A DNA stretch of 20,000 bases from Chiloscyllium plagiosum (Eukaryota), in assembly GCF_004010195.1 (NCBI RefSeq), contig NC_057750.1, positions 19,393,043-19,413,042 of the forward strand. Direction: 5' to 3'. A program made the position numbers and the translations under genes. Every line of letters begins with the position of its first letter. The first letter of the stretch is position 1. This document shows positions 1 through 9,870 of the stretch, one piece after another. The notes under the pieces were generated by a model that was not told the origin of the DNA, searched no databases, and saw nothing but the letters and a program-made list of their open reading frames with translations.

Positions 1-1310
1 AATAACTGGGGTTCAAGCACTAGTACCTGGAGTTACCCACCACTCACTGCCTGTGACTCAGAAAAAAGGCCAGTTTATTCCTGCTCTTCGTTTCCTGTCT
101 GCCAACTAGTTCTCTATCCATGTCAGCATACTGCCCCCAATCCCATGTCTTTAATTTTACATAATAACCTCTACTGTGGGAACGTATCCGAAAGTCCAGT
201 TTGACCACATCCATTGCACCCCTCCATCAACTTTATTAGTTACATCCTTGAAAAATTCCAGTAAATTTGTTAGTTAAAATTTCCCTTTTGTAAATCTATG
301 CTGACTCTCTCTGATCCTGTCACTATTTCCAAGTGCTATACTATTAAACCTTTTATAAAGGACTCCAACGTTTTCCCACTACTGATGTCTGGACAGCACG
401 GTTGAATTGGACCAAAGGATCTGCTTCTGTGCTGTATGACTCTATGACAGGCTTTAATTCCTTGTTTTCCCTTTACCTTCTTTTTTAATTAGTGGGGTTA
501 CATTGGCTACCTCCAATCCATCAGAACTGTTCCAGATTCTATGGAATATTGAAAGGTAATTACTGTTGCAACCACAATTTCTAGGGTAACATCTATAAAT
601 ACACTGGGATGTAGATTATTGTGCCTTGGCAATTTAACGACCTTTAATCCCATTGATTTCCCTATTTACCTACCAATACTGATTTCCTTCAGTTCCTCCC
701 TCTCACTAGACCCTGTGTTCCCCATCATTTGTAGTGTCCTTTGTGAACCAAAATGTCTTCAATTAATCTGCCATCTCTTTGTTCCCCATTATAACTTGCC
801 CTGTTTCTGACCGTAAGGACCTACATTTGTGTTTTTGTTTTCTCGTCACATACCCACAGAGGCTTTTAAAATCAGTTTGCATGTGCCCTCCATGTTCTAT
901 TTTCACCTTTTGATCAATCCCTTTGTTCTCCTTTGCTTTAAATTGCTCTCAATCCTCAGGTCTGCTGCTTTTTTTTGGCCAATCTTTATGCCCTTCCTTA
1001 AATCAAATATTATCCCTAATTTCCCTTATGGTGGGCCATCTTTCCTGTTTTATTTTTATACTGGACAGGAATGAGCAGTTGTTGCAGCTCACCCATTCAA
1101 ACATTAACTAATGCCTATTGATCATTGTCCATTTAAGTGCCATTCCCCAGTTTATCACAGCCAGCTCACTGTAGTTTCCTTTACTTAGGTTCAGCATCGT
1201 AGTCTCAGAGTCAACACTGCCACTCTCTACCTTCGTTAAACATTCTATCACATTGTGGTCAGTCTTTCCCAAACAGCCTCACAACACTGGATTTCTAATT
1301 ACTTCTTTAC
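1..1310 (-). mobile_element. Old degraded CR1-type LINE ORF2 fragment (runs off window start)
   Basis: The reverse complement of 1-350 resembles a decayed CR1 RT region (W-I..W-L..R-K.R...N-G to GVPQGSVLGP-like). The remainder resembles upstream ORF2 with many stops and indels. The right boundary is approximate. Confidence 0.75.
397..445 (+). mobile_element. Extremely 5'-truncated CR1/HER1 3' tail inserted into the older LINE
   Basis: ttggaccaaaggatctgcttctgtgctgtatgactctatgac matches the 3' ends at ~2995-3055 and ~18008-18052. It is flanked by a GACAG direct repeat (392-396 and 446-450). Confidence 0.7.
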
Positions 1311-1649
1311 TAAATTGACATGTGCAGAAGTGTGGGAACGATGTAGTAAGTTGTTATTTTCTATCTGTACTCACACTGAACAAGAACAGAAGCTAACCCA
1401 ACATTTCAGTCTGCGTACTTAAAACAATCATAGACTATGCAGAGGGAGGTCACTCATAGTCCTTTGTCCTTGTGTCTAATTACTACAATTTCCTCATTCT
1501 CAGTAGATGGTTCCTTTCAGTAATCCTTAGCTTGACAAGCCTTGTTTCGTAGGTTCAGACTGAAATCAGAGTTGAATTTGTTTGTCTGAGTGAGTTTTGG
1601 GTCTGATCAAGTCTGAGCTGCTCCATGTAGATATCTGGGTATTTTAGAC

Positions 1650-1876
1650 ATCATGATCTCAGAAGTTGTACATTTGGCCAATTATGCTTGCATTAGCTTT
1701 CCAAATATGCATCATGACTTAGTGCCATTTTCCTGCTTTTCTTTTCCCCCATCCCTTGCTCATTGTTTCTATTTGAATAATCATCTAATACCCTCTTGAA
1801 TGCCTCAGTTGACTGTTTGCCTCATACTTCCAAGCAATACATTTCCAGACCTGAATCACTTGAGTGAAAAAATGTT
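1650..1876 (-). mobile_element. Degraded CR1-like 3' end fragment
   Basis: Resembles the antisense CR1 3' end (tcatctaataccctcttgaatgcctcagttga...catttccagacc...cacttgagtgaaaaaatgtt); compare 19790-19885. Confidence 0.5.
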
Positions 1877-2091
1877 ACAGTTGCGGGGAGGTGGGAGTGA
1901 GAAAGAGAAGGGGGAGAGTGAGGACAAAGTGGAATGAGGTGAGAGGAAGTGAGGTCACAGGAAGGGACACCTCTCCCTGTTCACAAATACATCTCATTTA
2001 AATCTTAACCTATTTAAATGTGCCCATGCGAATTGAAATAGTGCATGCACTGGTGTCGGCAAATACAGCATAGACAAAAGCTGGTGTCCAA

Positions 2092-3255
2092 GAGTCCCTA
2101 TAGTGGTGGATGTAGGTCATTCGGCCCATCGAGCCTACACAGACCCTCCAAAGAGCATCCCACCCAGACCCACTCCATCCCTGTATTTCCCAAGGCTAAT
2201 TCCAGATGGGCTAATGGTCTGAGAAGTGACAGATGGAGTTTAATTCAGATAAATCCGAAGTGCTGCATTTTGGGAAAGCAAATCTTAGCAGGACTTATAT
2301 ACCTAATGATAAGGTCATAGAGAGTGTTGCTGAACAAAGAGACCTTGGAGTGCAGGTCTCCTTGAAAGTGGAGTCGTAGGTAGATAGGATAGTGAAGAAG
2401 GCGTTTGGTTTGCTTTCCTTTATTGGTCAGAGTATTGAGTACAGGAGTTGGGAGGTCATGTTGCGGCTGTACAGGACATTGGTTAGGCCACTGTTGGAAT
2501 ATTGTGCGCAATTCTGGTCTCCTTCCTATCGGAAAGATGCTGTGAAACTTGAAAGGGTTCAGAAAAGATTTACAAGGATGTTGCCAGGGTTGGAGGTTCT
2601 GAGCTATAGGGAGCGGCTGAACAGGCTGGGGCTGTTTTCCCTGAAGCGTCGGAGGCTGAGGGGTGACCTTATAGAGGTTTACAAAATTATGAGGGGCATG
2701 GATAGGATAAATAGGCAAAGTCTTTTCCCTGGGGTCAGGGAGTCCAGAATTAGAGGGCATAAGTTTAGGGTGAGAGGGGAAAGATATAAAAGAGACCTAA
2801 GGGGCAACGTTTTCACGCAGACGGTGGTATGTGTATGGAATGAGCTGCCAGAGGATGTGGTGGAGGCTGGTACAATTGCAACATTTAAGAGGCATTTGGA
2901 TGGGTATATGAATAGAAGGGTTTGGAGGGATATGGGCTGGATGCTGGCAGGTGGGACTAGTTTGGGTTGGGATATCTGGTCGGCATGGACGGGTTGGACT
3001 GAAGGGTCTATATCCATGCTGTACATCTCTATGACTGTATGTTTCTATGACTCTATCTAGCCTACACAGCCCTGGATACCATAGACGATTTAGAATGGCC
3101 AATCCTCCTCACCTGCACATCTTTGGACTGTGGGAGGAAACACATGCAGACATGGAGTGAATGTGAGAACTCACACAGACAGTTGAGTGAGGGTGGAATT
3201 GAACCTAGGTCCCTGTGGCTGTGAGGCAGCAAAGCTAATCACTGAGCCACCATGC
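2092..3255 (-). mobile_element. HE1-type tRNA-derived SINE, split into 3' part (2092-2202) and 5' part (3056-3255) by a LINE insertion
   Basis: Minus-strand head has Pol III box A TGGCTCAGTGA (3239-3249) and box B GGTTCAATTCC (3195-3205), then the core TTTCCTCCCACAGTCCAAAGATGTGCAGGT. The tail GGGTCTGGGTGGGATGCTCTTTGGAGGGTC...GGGCCGAATG lies at 2092-2202. The halves rejoin as ggctaattcca|tctagcctacac. Confidence 0.85.
2203..3055 (+). mobile_element. 5'-truncated CR1/HER1-type LINE: ORF2 C-terminus plus 3' UTR and octamer-like tail
   Basis: ORF 2392-3060 has CR1 motifs (LYRTLVRPLLEYCAQFWSP, LERVQKRFTRMLPGL, LGLFSL.RRRLRGDLIEVYKI, WNELP). Stops lie upstream and there is a frameshift near 2915. 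It ends in ctctatgactgtatgtttctatgactctat. Confidence 0.95.
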
Positions 3256-3300
3256 TATCACAGGGTGGTCATACAGACATTGTCCATTTTCGGAATAACA

Positions 3301-3440
3301 CATCTGGTTTGTTAATATCCCTAAAGAAGAGAAATCTGCTGTCTTTCTCTTGGCTGGCCTACATGTAATTCCAGATCCACAACAAGGTGGTCTTAACTGC
3401 CCTCTGCCCTAACCAGAGACACCCATATCACATGAACAAG
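3301..3440 (+). mobile_element. Degraded shark SINE fragment (same family as 4900-5340, opposite strand)
   Basis: catctggtttgttaatatccctaaagaagagaaatctgc...ggcctacatgtaattccagatccac...cttaactgc is a diverged reverse complement of 4965-5010 plus 5255-5310. Confidence 0.65.
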
Positions 3441-4119
3441 TACAAGTCCCTGAAGTATGGTAGAGACCTAACTGGTTCAACACTATCTTTCAGGTACAGT
3501 CTAGCCTGCGTATCACTCCAGTTCCACACTGTACAGTTGTTTCAATGCTGCGAGGGTAATTAGAGTGTGGGGGGGGGGCACTTACAATCCTCTTTCTCAA
3601 TGTTACTGAGTACAGCAAGTTGAAGCAAAGCTTCTACACTACGTATATGCAGATTATTCAGAATATATATTGAAACTTTCAGGACACGATTCTCGTAAGT
3701 TTGCAATTGTGGGGAAATTTGTCCAGAGATGTCACTGTGACTCTGGACGTTCTAGGAATGAAGTTCCCAGCCCCTGGATTCCAAATATCCTGGAATCTCC
3801 AAGAATTATGAAGCTTCTCTGAAAAGTATTAACGATGTCTGAACAAACACTTGTTTTCTCTGAATGTCATTGTTTATTAGTTATACTGACAGGACACACC
3901 ACTGTGCTGGACAACTAAATGTGGGAGATCATGTGATGTAGCCTTTGTGAAGGTGTCAGGGTTGGTGACCCTACCCATAAAGGCTCAGTAGTCACACATC
4001 CCAGCCTCCAATGGCTGGGCAGATATTGTTTCTCATTGTTTTTTGGAATGTTGTATTTGTGCAGGGCTCTGTGCTCATTTCCTGTCAGTCAGACTAACTT
4101 CTGTCTCTTTTTTCCTCAG

Positions 4120-4200
4120 GCTTAAAGAAGCCAGCAACATTCCGATGTGAAGCGCACAACGCCAAGGGTGTGGCCACCTCCCGAACAGCCAACGTCAAAC
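4120..4200 (+). CDS. axl: Internal coding exon (81 nt, phase 1-1) of AXL-like TAM receptor tyrosine kinase; end of second Ig domain
   Basis: Branch-point-like GACTAAC (4092-4098), pyrimidine tract, AG at 4118-4119, donor GTAGGT at 4201. Translates (G)[26 protein letters not shown](L). This aligns without gaps to recalled human AXL [37 protein letters not shown] and the segment length fit AXL better than TYRO3 (CEAHNLKGL) or MERTK (CEAHNDKGL). Confidence 0.92.
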
Positions 4201-4290
4201 GTAGGTGGACCTCTCTGGTTCTGTTGCTTTACCATCCTATTCTTCCCTCGGGAATTGCTGCTCTCTGTGCAGTGATAATGCTTCCAGGAT

Positions 4291-4400
4291 AGAGGGGTTT
4301 CAGGGATTTTGACCAGTAATGATGAAGGAATAGTAATACATTTCACATCTTGGGTTGGTGACTGACCTGCAAGGAACTTAGGGATACTACACGTCCCATC
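4291..4400 (-). mobile_element. Short degraded fragment of the LINE family seen at 15790-16815
   Basis: gggattttgaccagtaatgatgaaggaatagtaatacatttc...aaggaactt aligns by eye with 15935-16012 (ggattttgacccagtaacactgaaggacgagtaatatatttc...gggaactt). Confidence 0.55.
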
Positions 4401-5012
4401 ATTAATTTGAATGCTTGATCAGACTCTTTTCCATGGGTTCCTATGCAAGGGAATACCCATTAGGCTCAAGGGATTAAGCTGACAGGAGAACCCGTCTTCT
4501 TGGTCTGAGTGGGAATGACCGACAAGGAACTTAACACATTTTCCAGAGTCTCGGTTGCAATAGGTTCCGATTTGGATCTGTGGAATTCTGTGGAGATTTA
4601 ATCCTTTGAGCAAAGCAATATCAGGAGGGTTTCAGAAAAGGGAACCTGTTCAGACAGGACAGGTTCCATAAATTTTGAGAAGGTGGTAAAGAGTGAGTTA
4701 CTGTGGGAGATGTTCGTGATGCTTTTATTTTAACATAGCAGCAAGGTATTCTTACAATGGAACAGAGGTAGGACAGAGAATGGGAAGGGAAAGGGATGAA
4801 CAGTGTCCCTGGGGGACAGTAATGGAGTGATAGGGTCTCGGTAAGAATGGCACTGTCCCTGTGAGATTCTCTGTGTCTCTGTGATTTCTTTTTTGAGAAG
4901 TTCATTCATGAGATTTGGGTGTCACTGTCTAGGCCAACGTGTATAGTCCTAATTGTCCAACGAGCAGTTAAGAGTCAACCATGTTACTCAGGGTCTAGAG
5001 TCACATGTGGAC

Positions 5013-5244
5013 GAGCTGAAAATGTGTTGCTGGAAAAGCGCAGCAGGTCAGGCAGCATCCAAAGAGCAGGAGAATCGACATTTTGGGCATGAGCCCTTCT
5101 TCAGGAATTCAGGAGCCCTGAAGAAGGGCTCATGCCCGAAACGTTGATTCGCCTGTTCCTTGGATGCTGCCTGACCTGCTGCGCTTTTCCAGCAACACAT
5201 TTTCAGCTCTGATCTCCAGCATCTGCAGTCCTCACTTTCTCCTT
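5013..5244. mobile_element. Penelope-like (PLE) inverted pseudo-LTR hairpin element with target-site duplication
   Basis: 93-bp inverted arms at 5013-5105 and 5117-5209 (6 mismatches counted, outer 50 bp perfect), an 11-nt spacer and a 35-nt unpaired extension (5210-5244). Perfect direct repeat ACATGTGGAC(GA) at 5003-5012(14) and 5245-5254(56). The PLE assignment rests on recalled shark repeats and the hammerhead core. Confidence 0.85.
5112..5150 (+). ncRNA. Putative minimal type I hammerhead ribozyme motif (PLE-associated)
   Basis: CTGAAGA (5118-5124), one extra A, stem II GGGC-TCAT-GCCC (5126-5137), GAAA (5138-5141), palindromic ACGT mini helix III and NUH triplet GTT (5143-5145). Stem I pairing is poor in this copy. 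Confidence 0.55.
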
Positions 5245-5624
5245 ACATGTGGACGAAACCAAGCAAAGATGTCAGATTCCCTTCCCTAAAGGACATTAGT
5301 GAAACAGATGGGTTTTTACAACAATTGGTGGTTGCATGGTTGCCATTAGAATAGCAGATTTCTTTGAGAGGAGTAGTGAGCCTGAGAGAGTGATTTTCCC
5401 CTCTGTAGTAGACAATCTCATCATCTGGACTCATTTAATCTAAATTGATCAAATCATTGTCTGTCTATTATTTTCAGTCCTTTGTTTAAATGGTTAATAG
5501 TGACAATAACACTAGAGAATTTACTGGGCCCATGGTACACTGGAAATAAATAACCAGCCCATGACTGAATCATAAACACATAGGTGGTTTAACATTGACT
5601 GTGTGTGCTAACTCATGTATAGAT

Positions 5625-5720
5625 AGTGCTTTCTCTCCACAGACATGCTAGACCTGTTGAGTTTCTCCAGTTTCTGCAGTTGTTTCAGATTCTCAGCCAC
5701 CCACAGTTCTTTGTTTTATT
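5625..5720 (+). mobile_element. Older Penelope-type terminal repeat fragment
   Basis: ctttctctccacagacatgctagacctgttgagtttctccag...tttcagattctcagc...cagttctttgttttatt parallels gatgctgcctgacctgctgcgcttttccagc...gatctccagcatctgcagtcc at 5163-5231. Confidence 0.6.
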
Positions 5721-6890
5721 ACAGAGACTGACTGCTTATCTCACTTAATGTCATAATGGAGTAACTGGTTGTGCGTGAATGTGACAGTAGGGTCTTTCAG
5801 AAGTGAGAAATGGTTGATTGTTTGAACATTTTTGTTGCTAAGTCACTGTTACATGTTACCAAGCCAGCTCCTCTCCCCATCACTGAGGACACAGTAATGT
5901 TACACAGTTTGGGATACCCAGTGATGCCAGGCTGGGTAACAGCAGCAAACTGATCAGGATCAGCATTCCCTGGTTTGAAGAAGGAAAGGGCAGAAATTGG
6001 TCAGGATCAGAGGTCTGGCAATTCCATTGCAAAATGCGGAGGGTATGACTGAAGCATCAGTTGCCCCCTGCCCTAGCCTGGTGGACTTGATGTCAATGTT
6101 CACTAGCTTTGCACACAGAACAGGATTGAAATTTCACAGTGTTATATACAATAGAAGGTGACTATTGTGACAGCGCCAGGTCTCTGAAAGCAAGTTTTCC
6201 AGTTAGTGACCCTCCTGCCTCTTCTTCCCTAGAGCTCTGCAAAATATTTTTGTTTCAGCTATTTATCAAATTCTGTTTCCAAGAGAAACTGTTTCCACCT
6301 GTTATCAGGCAGTGCATTTCCATAACTACTTACTTATAAACAATATTCTGCTTAAATTCATTTTTGCTGTCAAACCTTGCCCTGTAATTACTCACCATCC
6401 TTCCCCCAGCTTCCTCCTGTTCAAGTTCAAGTGGTATCTTGCGTATTGCTGAAAATTAATTGTTTGGGGGTGGCAGGGATTAATGAGAGTTTTGAATGTT
6501 TACTTTTGGTATTGTGGTGACAGGGTGTGCTGATAAACAGCATTTCCTTACTACTTCAGTTGATCACTGAAATATTGCCCCTTGCTCTTATCGTCACCCT
6601 TTTAGTTTCTGTCTGTGTTTTAGTGTCTTGGATTCGATATTCCGTCCCGTCCCTGTGCAACAAATGATCCCATTCTCTCTGGAAGTCAGTAATCCTGTAG
6701 CTGCCATTTAATTCCTGTGTCATTACTTGAATCCTAATTGTAACACACAGTTTAAAAATAACAACAGTTTGGATTGTGCGTCATTCACTCGTTATGAATC
6801 TAAGCTTTGCTACAATTCATTCCTTTTCTCCATCTCCCACCCCCCTCACAAGTCACTGTGTCTATTTGTCTTCTCTCTTTCATAGTCGGA

Positions 6891-6964
6891 CTCTCTCTCT
6901 CTCTCTCTCTCTTTCTGTTTCTCTCAGTGCTGACGTCCTGTCTGTCTGTCTTTCTCTCTCTCTC
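6891..6964. repeat. (CT)n / (CTGT)n compound microsatellite in a pyrimidine-rich tract
   Basis: Direct reading: ctctctctctctctctctctct...ctgtctgtctgtctttctctctctctc. Confidence 0.9.
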
Positions 6965-8900
6965 GTGTCACTCTCCTCTTTCCCTTCACTTTGTGCTCTT
7001 CTCCCCCCTTGCAATTTTTCCTTCTACACACTTCCAACAATTATTTATTTACTTGTGGATCTGGCTGCAAATGCGAATCCTGATCCTCATGGCTCCTATT
7101 CTCAACTCCCTGCTTCACTCTTCTTCAAGGTTTTCTGAGCAGTTCAGTGGGACGATGTGAAGGTGGCATTGTACACTGACAGTGGTCTGTAGTAACACTC
7201 CCATTTACACTCCCTCCCTCCCCCGCTCATCCATAGTCCCTGCTTGGTGAGCTATCCTTGGCTTGTTACTAGGTTATGGGCAGCCACGACTGTAACCTTC
7301 AGAGATCACAGGCGTAGGGCAGTACAGTCTGTTCTTTGTCTTACTTGGCTGTTTACAGCATTAGTTGGGAAGCCGCTGTTATTCTCTAATGTACAGCTTG
7401 TTAGCAAAGCCTTTTTTTTGCTTTCTGGCAGCTGTACTCATGCATTCCTTTGGCTCTGAGCTCTGTGAAGAGATCTATCCATCGAGTGAAAATTCCCTTC
7501 CCTTCCTCTGACAGAAATGACACTCAATACCTCTATTTTCGCAAAGGAAAATAAATAATTTTGTTGCTTTGACTATATACCAGTAAAGTCTGAACAATGT
7601 TGAAAAACTCGCCACTCGATTCAGGCTGCAGTGAGGCCTAACTTTAAACTCCTTGCTACTCATGTCTTCCTTCCTCTGTTTACGCAACTTTTGATTTACT
7701 TTACCTTTTAGAAAAATATTTTAACTCATTACCTTGCTTTCTCCTTTTTGAAAAAGAAGACTTTCACTTGTTTCTAACTTCCTTTCTTAGCTGCTCTCCT
7801 TCACCCCTCTACCAACTCCAGCCTTTTCGACAAGCAAACTCAGCGCTTCTCTCCTAACTACTGGGACACTGCCCTTTTCACACAACCCAGGTAAAGAACA
7901 GCGTATAAAACCAGTGCTGGAAGCTGATATAACTGACCAGAGTGTTACTGTAACCCACTCTGAGGTAAGGGCTCAAAGCAATTTAACACATGGTCGCTTG
8001 CAATTGTTTTGATCAGTGGGAGGAAATAGTTTATAAATCCTCATGGGCCCCTCGAAATAAAAGACAGGTTGTGTTAAAGTACTGAATATTTTCAAACTGT
8101 TCAACCTTTGGATGCTGAATTGTTATGACTTATAGATGCCAAATATCAGATCATTTTACTTCTGATCTCAGTGGGATTTGTCAGTTAACGCCTGTGTAAC
8201 ATGATTAATACCTAAGAGATGTTATGACAAGGCTGGTTTTCTCATTGTGAGCAACGCTGTCCTGGTGTAGCCTATTACTGGTAAACTCTCCATCCAGACT
8301 GTTGCTGGTCAGAGGTATTGTATGCAGGCATCCCCTGCTTTACATAATTTCGCTTTTACGAAAGATTAACACTAGTATCTGTTTTTGTGAATCCAAAGAG
8401 GCTTTTCGTTTTTACCAAAAATGGCAGCACGTTTTCCCATCTAAATCATGCACCTTTGCTTTATGCCATTTTCAGCTTCCGAAAGGTTTCCTAGGAATGC
8501 TTTCCTTTGGAACAGCGATAGCTACCTGCACATGGCTAAACCAAGTTTGCATGTCGCCATCTGTAGGTTTGCTGCCAGCACCACCACTAAGTGTTAGAAG
8601 CTGCAGGATATGCTTGGTTTGGTATAATACGTCCTGGTCTAACTATATGAGTCTCTTGTATATAGTTTGCTGCATGCTGGGGATCAGTTCAGGCTAACAT
8701 TTATATGGTAGACACTGTTAAAGAGATGGCAAATGGAACTTTCCAGGCTCCAGTTGAAAGACCAGCTTTGATATTTGCTCCATACAAGCATTTGGTAATA
8801 AAGAGATCAGATGTGGACATTGTGCTGGTTTTGAAGGAATGTCAGTGTTCTGATGGTGTGTGAGCTGCTGAATGTTACAGCTCCTGTTATGTTCTATGTG

Positions 8901-9240
8901 GATGAATGGATGAATAATGAATGATTTTATTGTCACATGTATCTTACAGTGAGAAAAACAATAAAATACAGTGAGAAGCTTTTCCATGTTGCCATGATCC
9001 AGTGGCATTTTGAACAGTTTAAGAATAAGAAGAAAAAAATAGAAAGATATAGCTTAAAGAGAGTGTATCAGTCCTGAGCCAGAGCATCATCAACGACATC
9101 TGCACCGCTATCCCAACCCCACTGCTTCGCCAACATCTATGCCAGACCCAGCCAATATCAAAGTCGCCACTCTTCAGGTACCATCTTTCACCTCTGTGCT
9201 GATTCTCCACTGCCACCACCTCTCTGCCATCTGCGTCGAA
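8901..9240 (-). mobile_element. Older non-autonomous retroposon sharing its 3' module with the element at 11201-12592
   Basis: The minus strand ends ...aagcttctcactgta...catgtgacAATAAAatcattcattattcatccattca. It has the same order of motifs as 11201-11420 (ttattgtcaca, tacagtga.aag, gt.gccat, A-rich tract, atcagtcct). The 5' boundary is uncertain. Confidence 0.6.
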
Positions 9241-9584
9241 CCAACCTACGTCGCTTCTCTCACTGTCATGTACCCCAGTGGGCACACTACCAGATGTGTC
9301 TCCACATTGCCACTGTGGTGGCAGTACTACTACATTAGGAATAAAGTGAGAGATATTGCATTGTATCTGATGGAATGCCTTGCACCCAATCTTGTGTGTG
9401 GGAGCCCTCTACAGTGGCAACATTACAATGCCAACTCAGGATGACAGAGCCAGAGAAATGGCTGGAGAAATAAACATTTCTTTTTATTTCTCACTTCTCT
9501 TTCCCCCTCTGCCTTGCATTCCATCTTGCTCAATTCATGAAGGCGTTTGTCCTCACTGTTATTAGTCACGTCTCATAGCTACCT

Positions 9585-9870
9585 GTTTGTGGGTTTGAAT
9601 CCCAGTGCAGAGCCTTAAGCAACAGATCCAGGCCGGCAGCTCCAGTGTGACCTCTCAAAGTCCTTTTCTAAAGTCGGATGACTTTACTCTCACGGACCTG
9701 GACTCTGGCTGAGCAACCACAAAAAAAAGGGAAAGCTGTGGCCAAGGTGATTTTGCACCAGACCTCTGTCATCATCTAGATCCACTGCAAAACAATGGCA
9801 GATTAAAAATGTAATTGGCTATAACTTATTTTAGAATGTGATGAAACTGTAAAAGGCCCCATGTGCATTC
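9585..9870 (+). mobile_element. Highly degraded Deu/SacSINE-like remnant
   Basis: Box-B-like gggtttgaatccc followed by agagccttaagcaacagatccaggccggcagctccagtg, and a 3'-like aaaatgtaattggctataac...gtaaaaggc. Recognised only from recalled consensus. Confidence 0.35.

Larger units (their letters stand above)
4900..5345 (-). mobile_element. Shark SINE with LINE-like 3' tail, interrupted by the Penelope-type hairpin insertion
   Basis: ttcattcatgagatttgggtgtcactgtctaggccaac resembles the LINE 3' end near 15800-15845. The body gcagttaagagtcaacc...gagtcacatgt resumes after 5244 with ...cttccctaaaggacattagtgaaacagatggg. Confidence 0.7.

Noticed and set aside
2245..3102. ORFs 2392-3060 (+) and 2245-2760, 2679-3026, 2797-3102 (-) as host genes
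   Set aside because: The plus ORF is a truncated CR1 ORF2 C-terminus lacking the RT core and frameshifted into the 3' UTR. The minus ORFs are its antisense shadows. The same applies to 17699-17981 and 19784-19978.
3195..3255. tRNA gene
   Set aside because: The box A/B sequence is the tRNA-derived head of a SINE and continues directly into the SINE body; there is no full cloverleaf.
3721..3975. Small hairpin gtccaga...gtcac-t-gtgac-tctggac and a ggtgacccta end suggesting an old hAT MITE
   Set aside because: No matching left TIR or 8-bp TSD could be identified; it is too degraded to call.
4122..4346. 74-aa minus-strand ORF over the first exon
   Set aside because: It is the antisense shadow of the real + strand exon and has no recognisable homology.
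6776..7160. Leu/Ser-rich hydrophobic ORFs resembling membrane proteins
   Set aside because: These are translations of a (CT)n pyrimidine tract.
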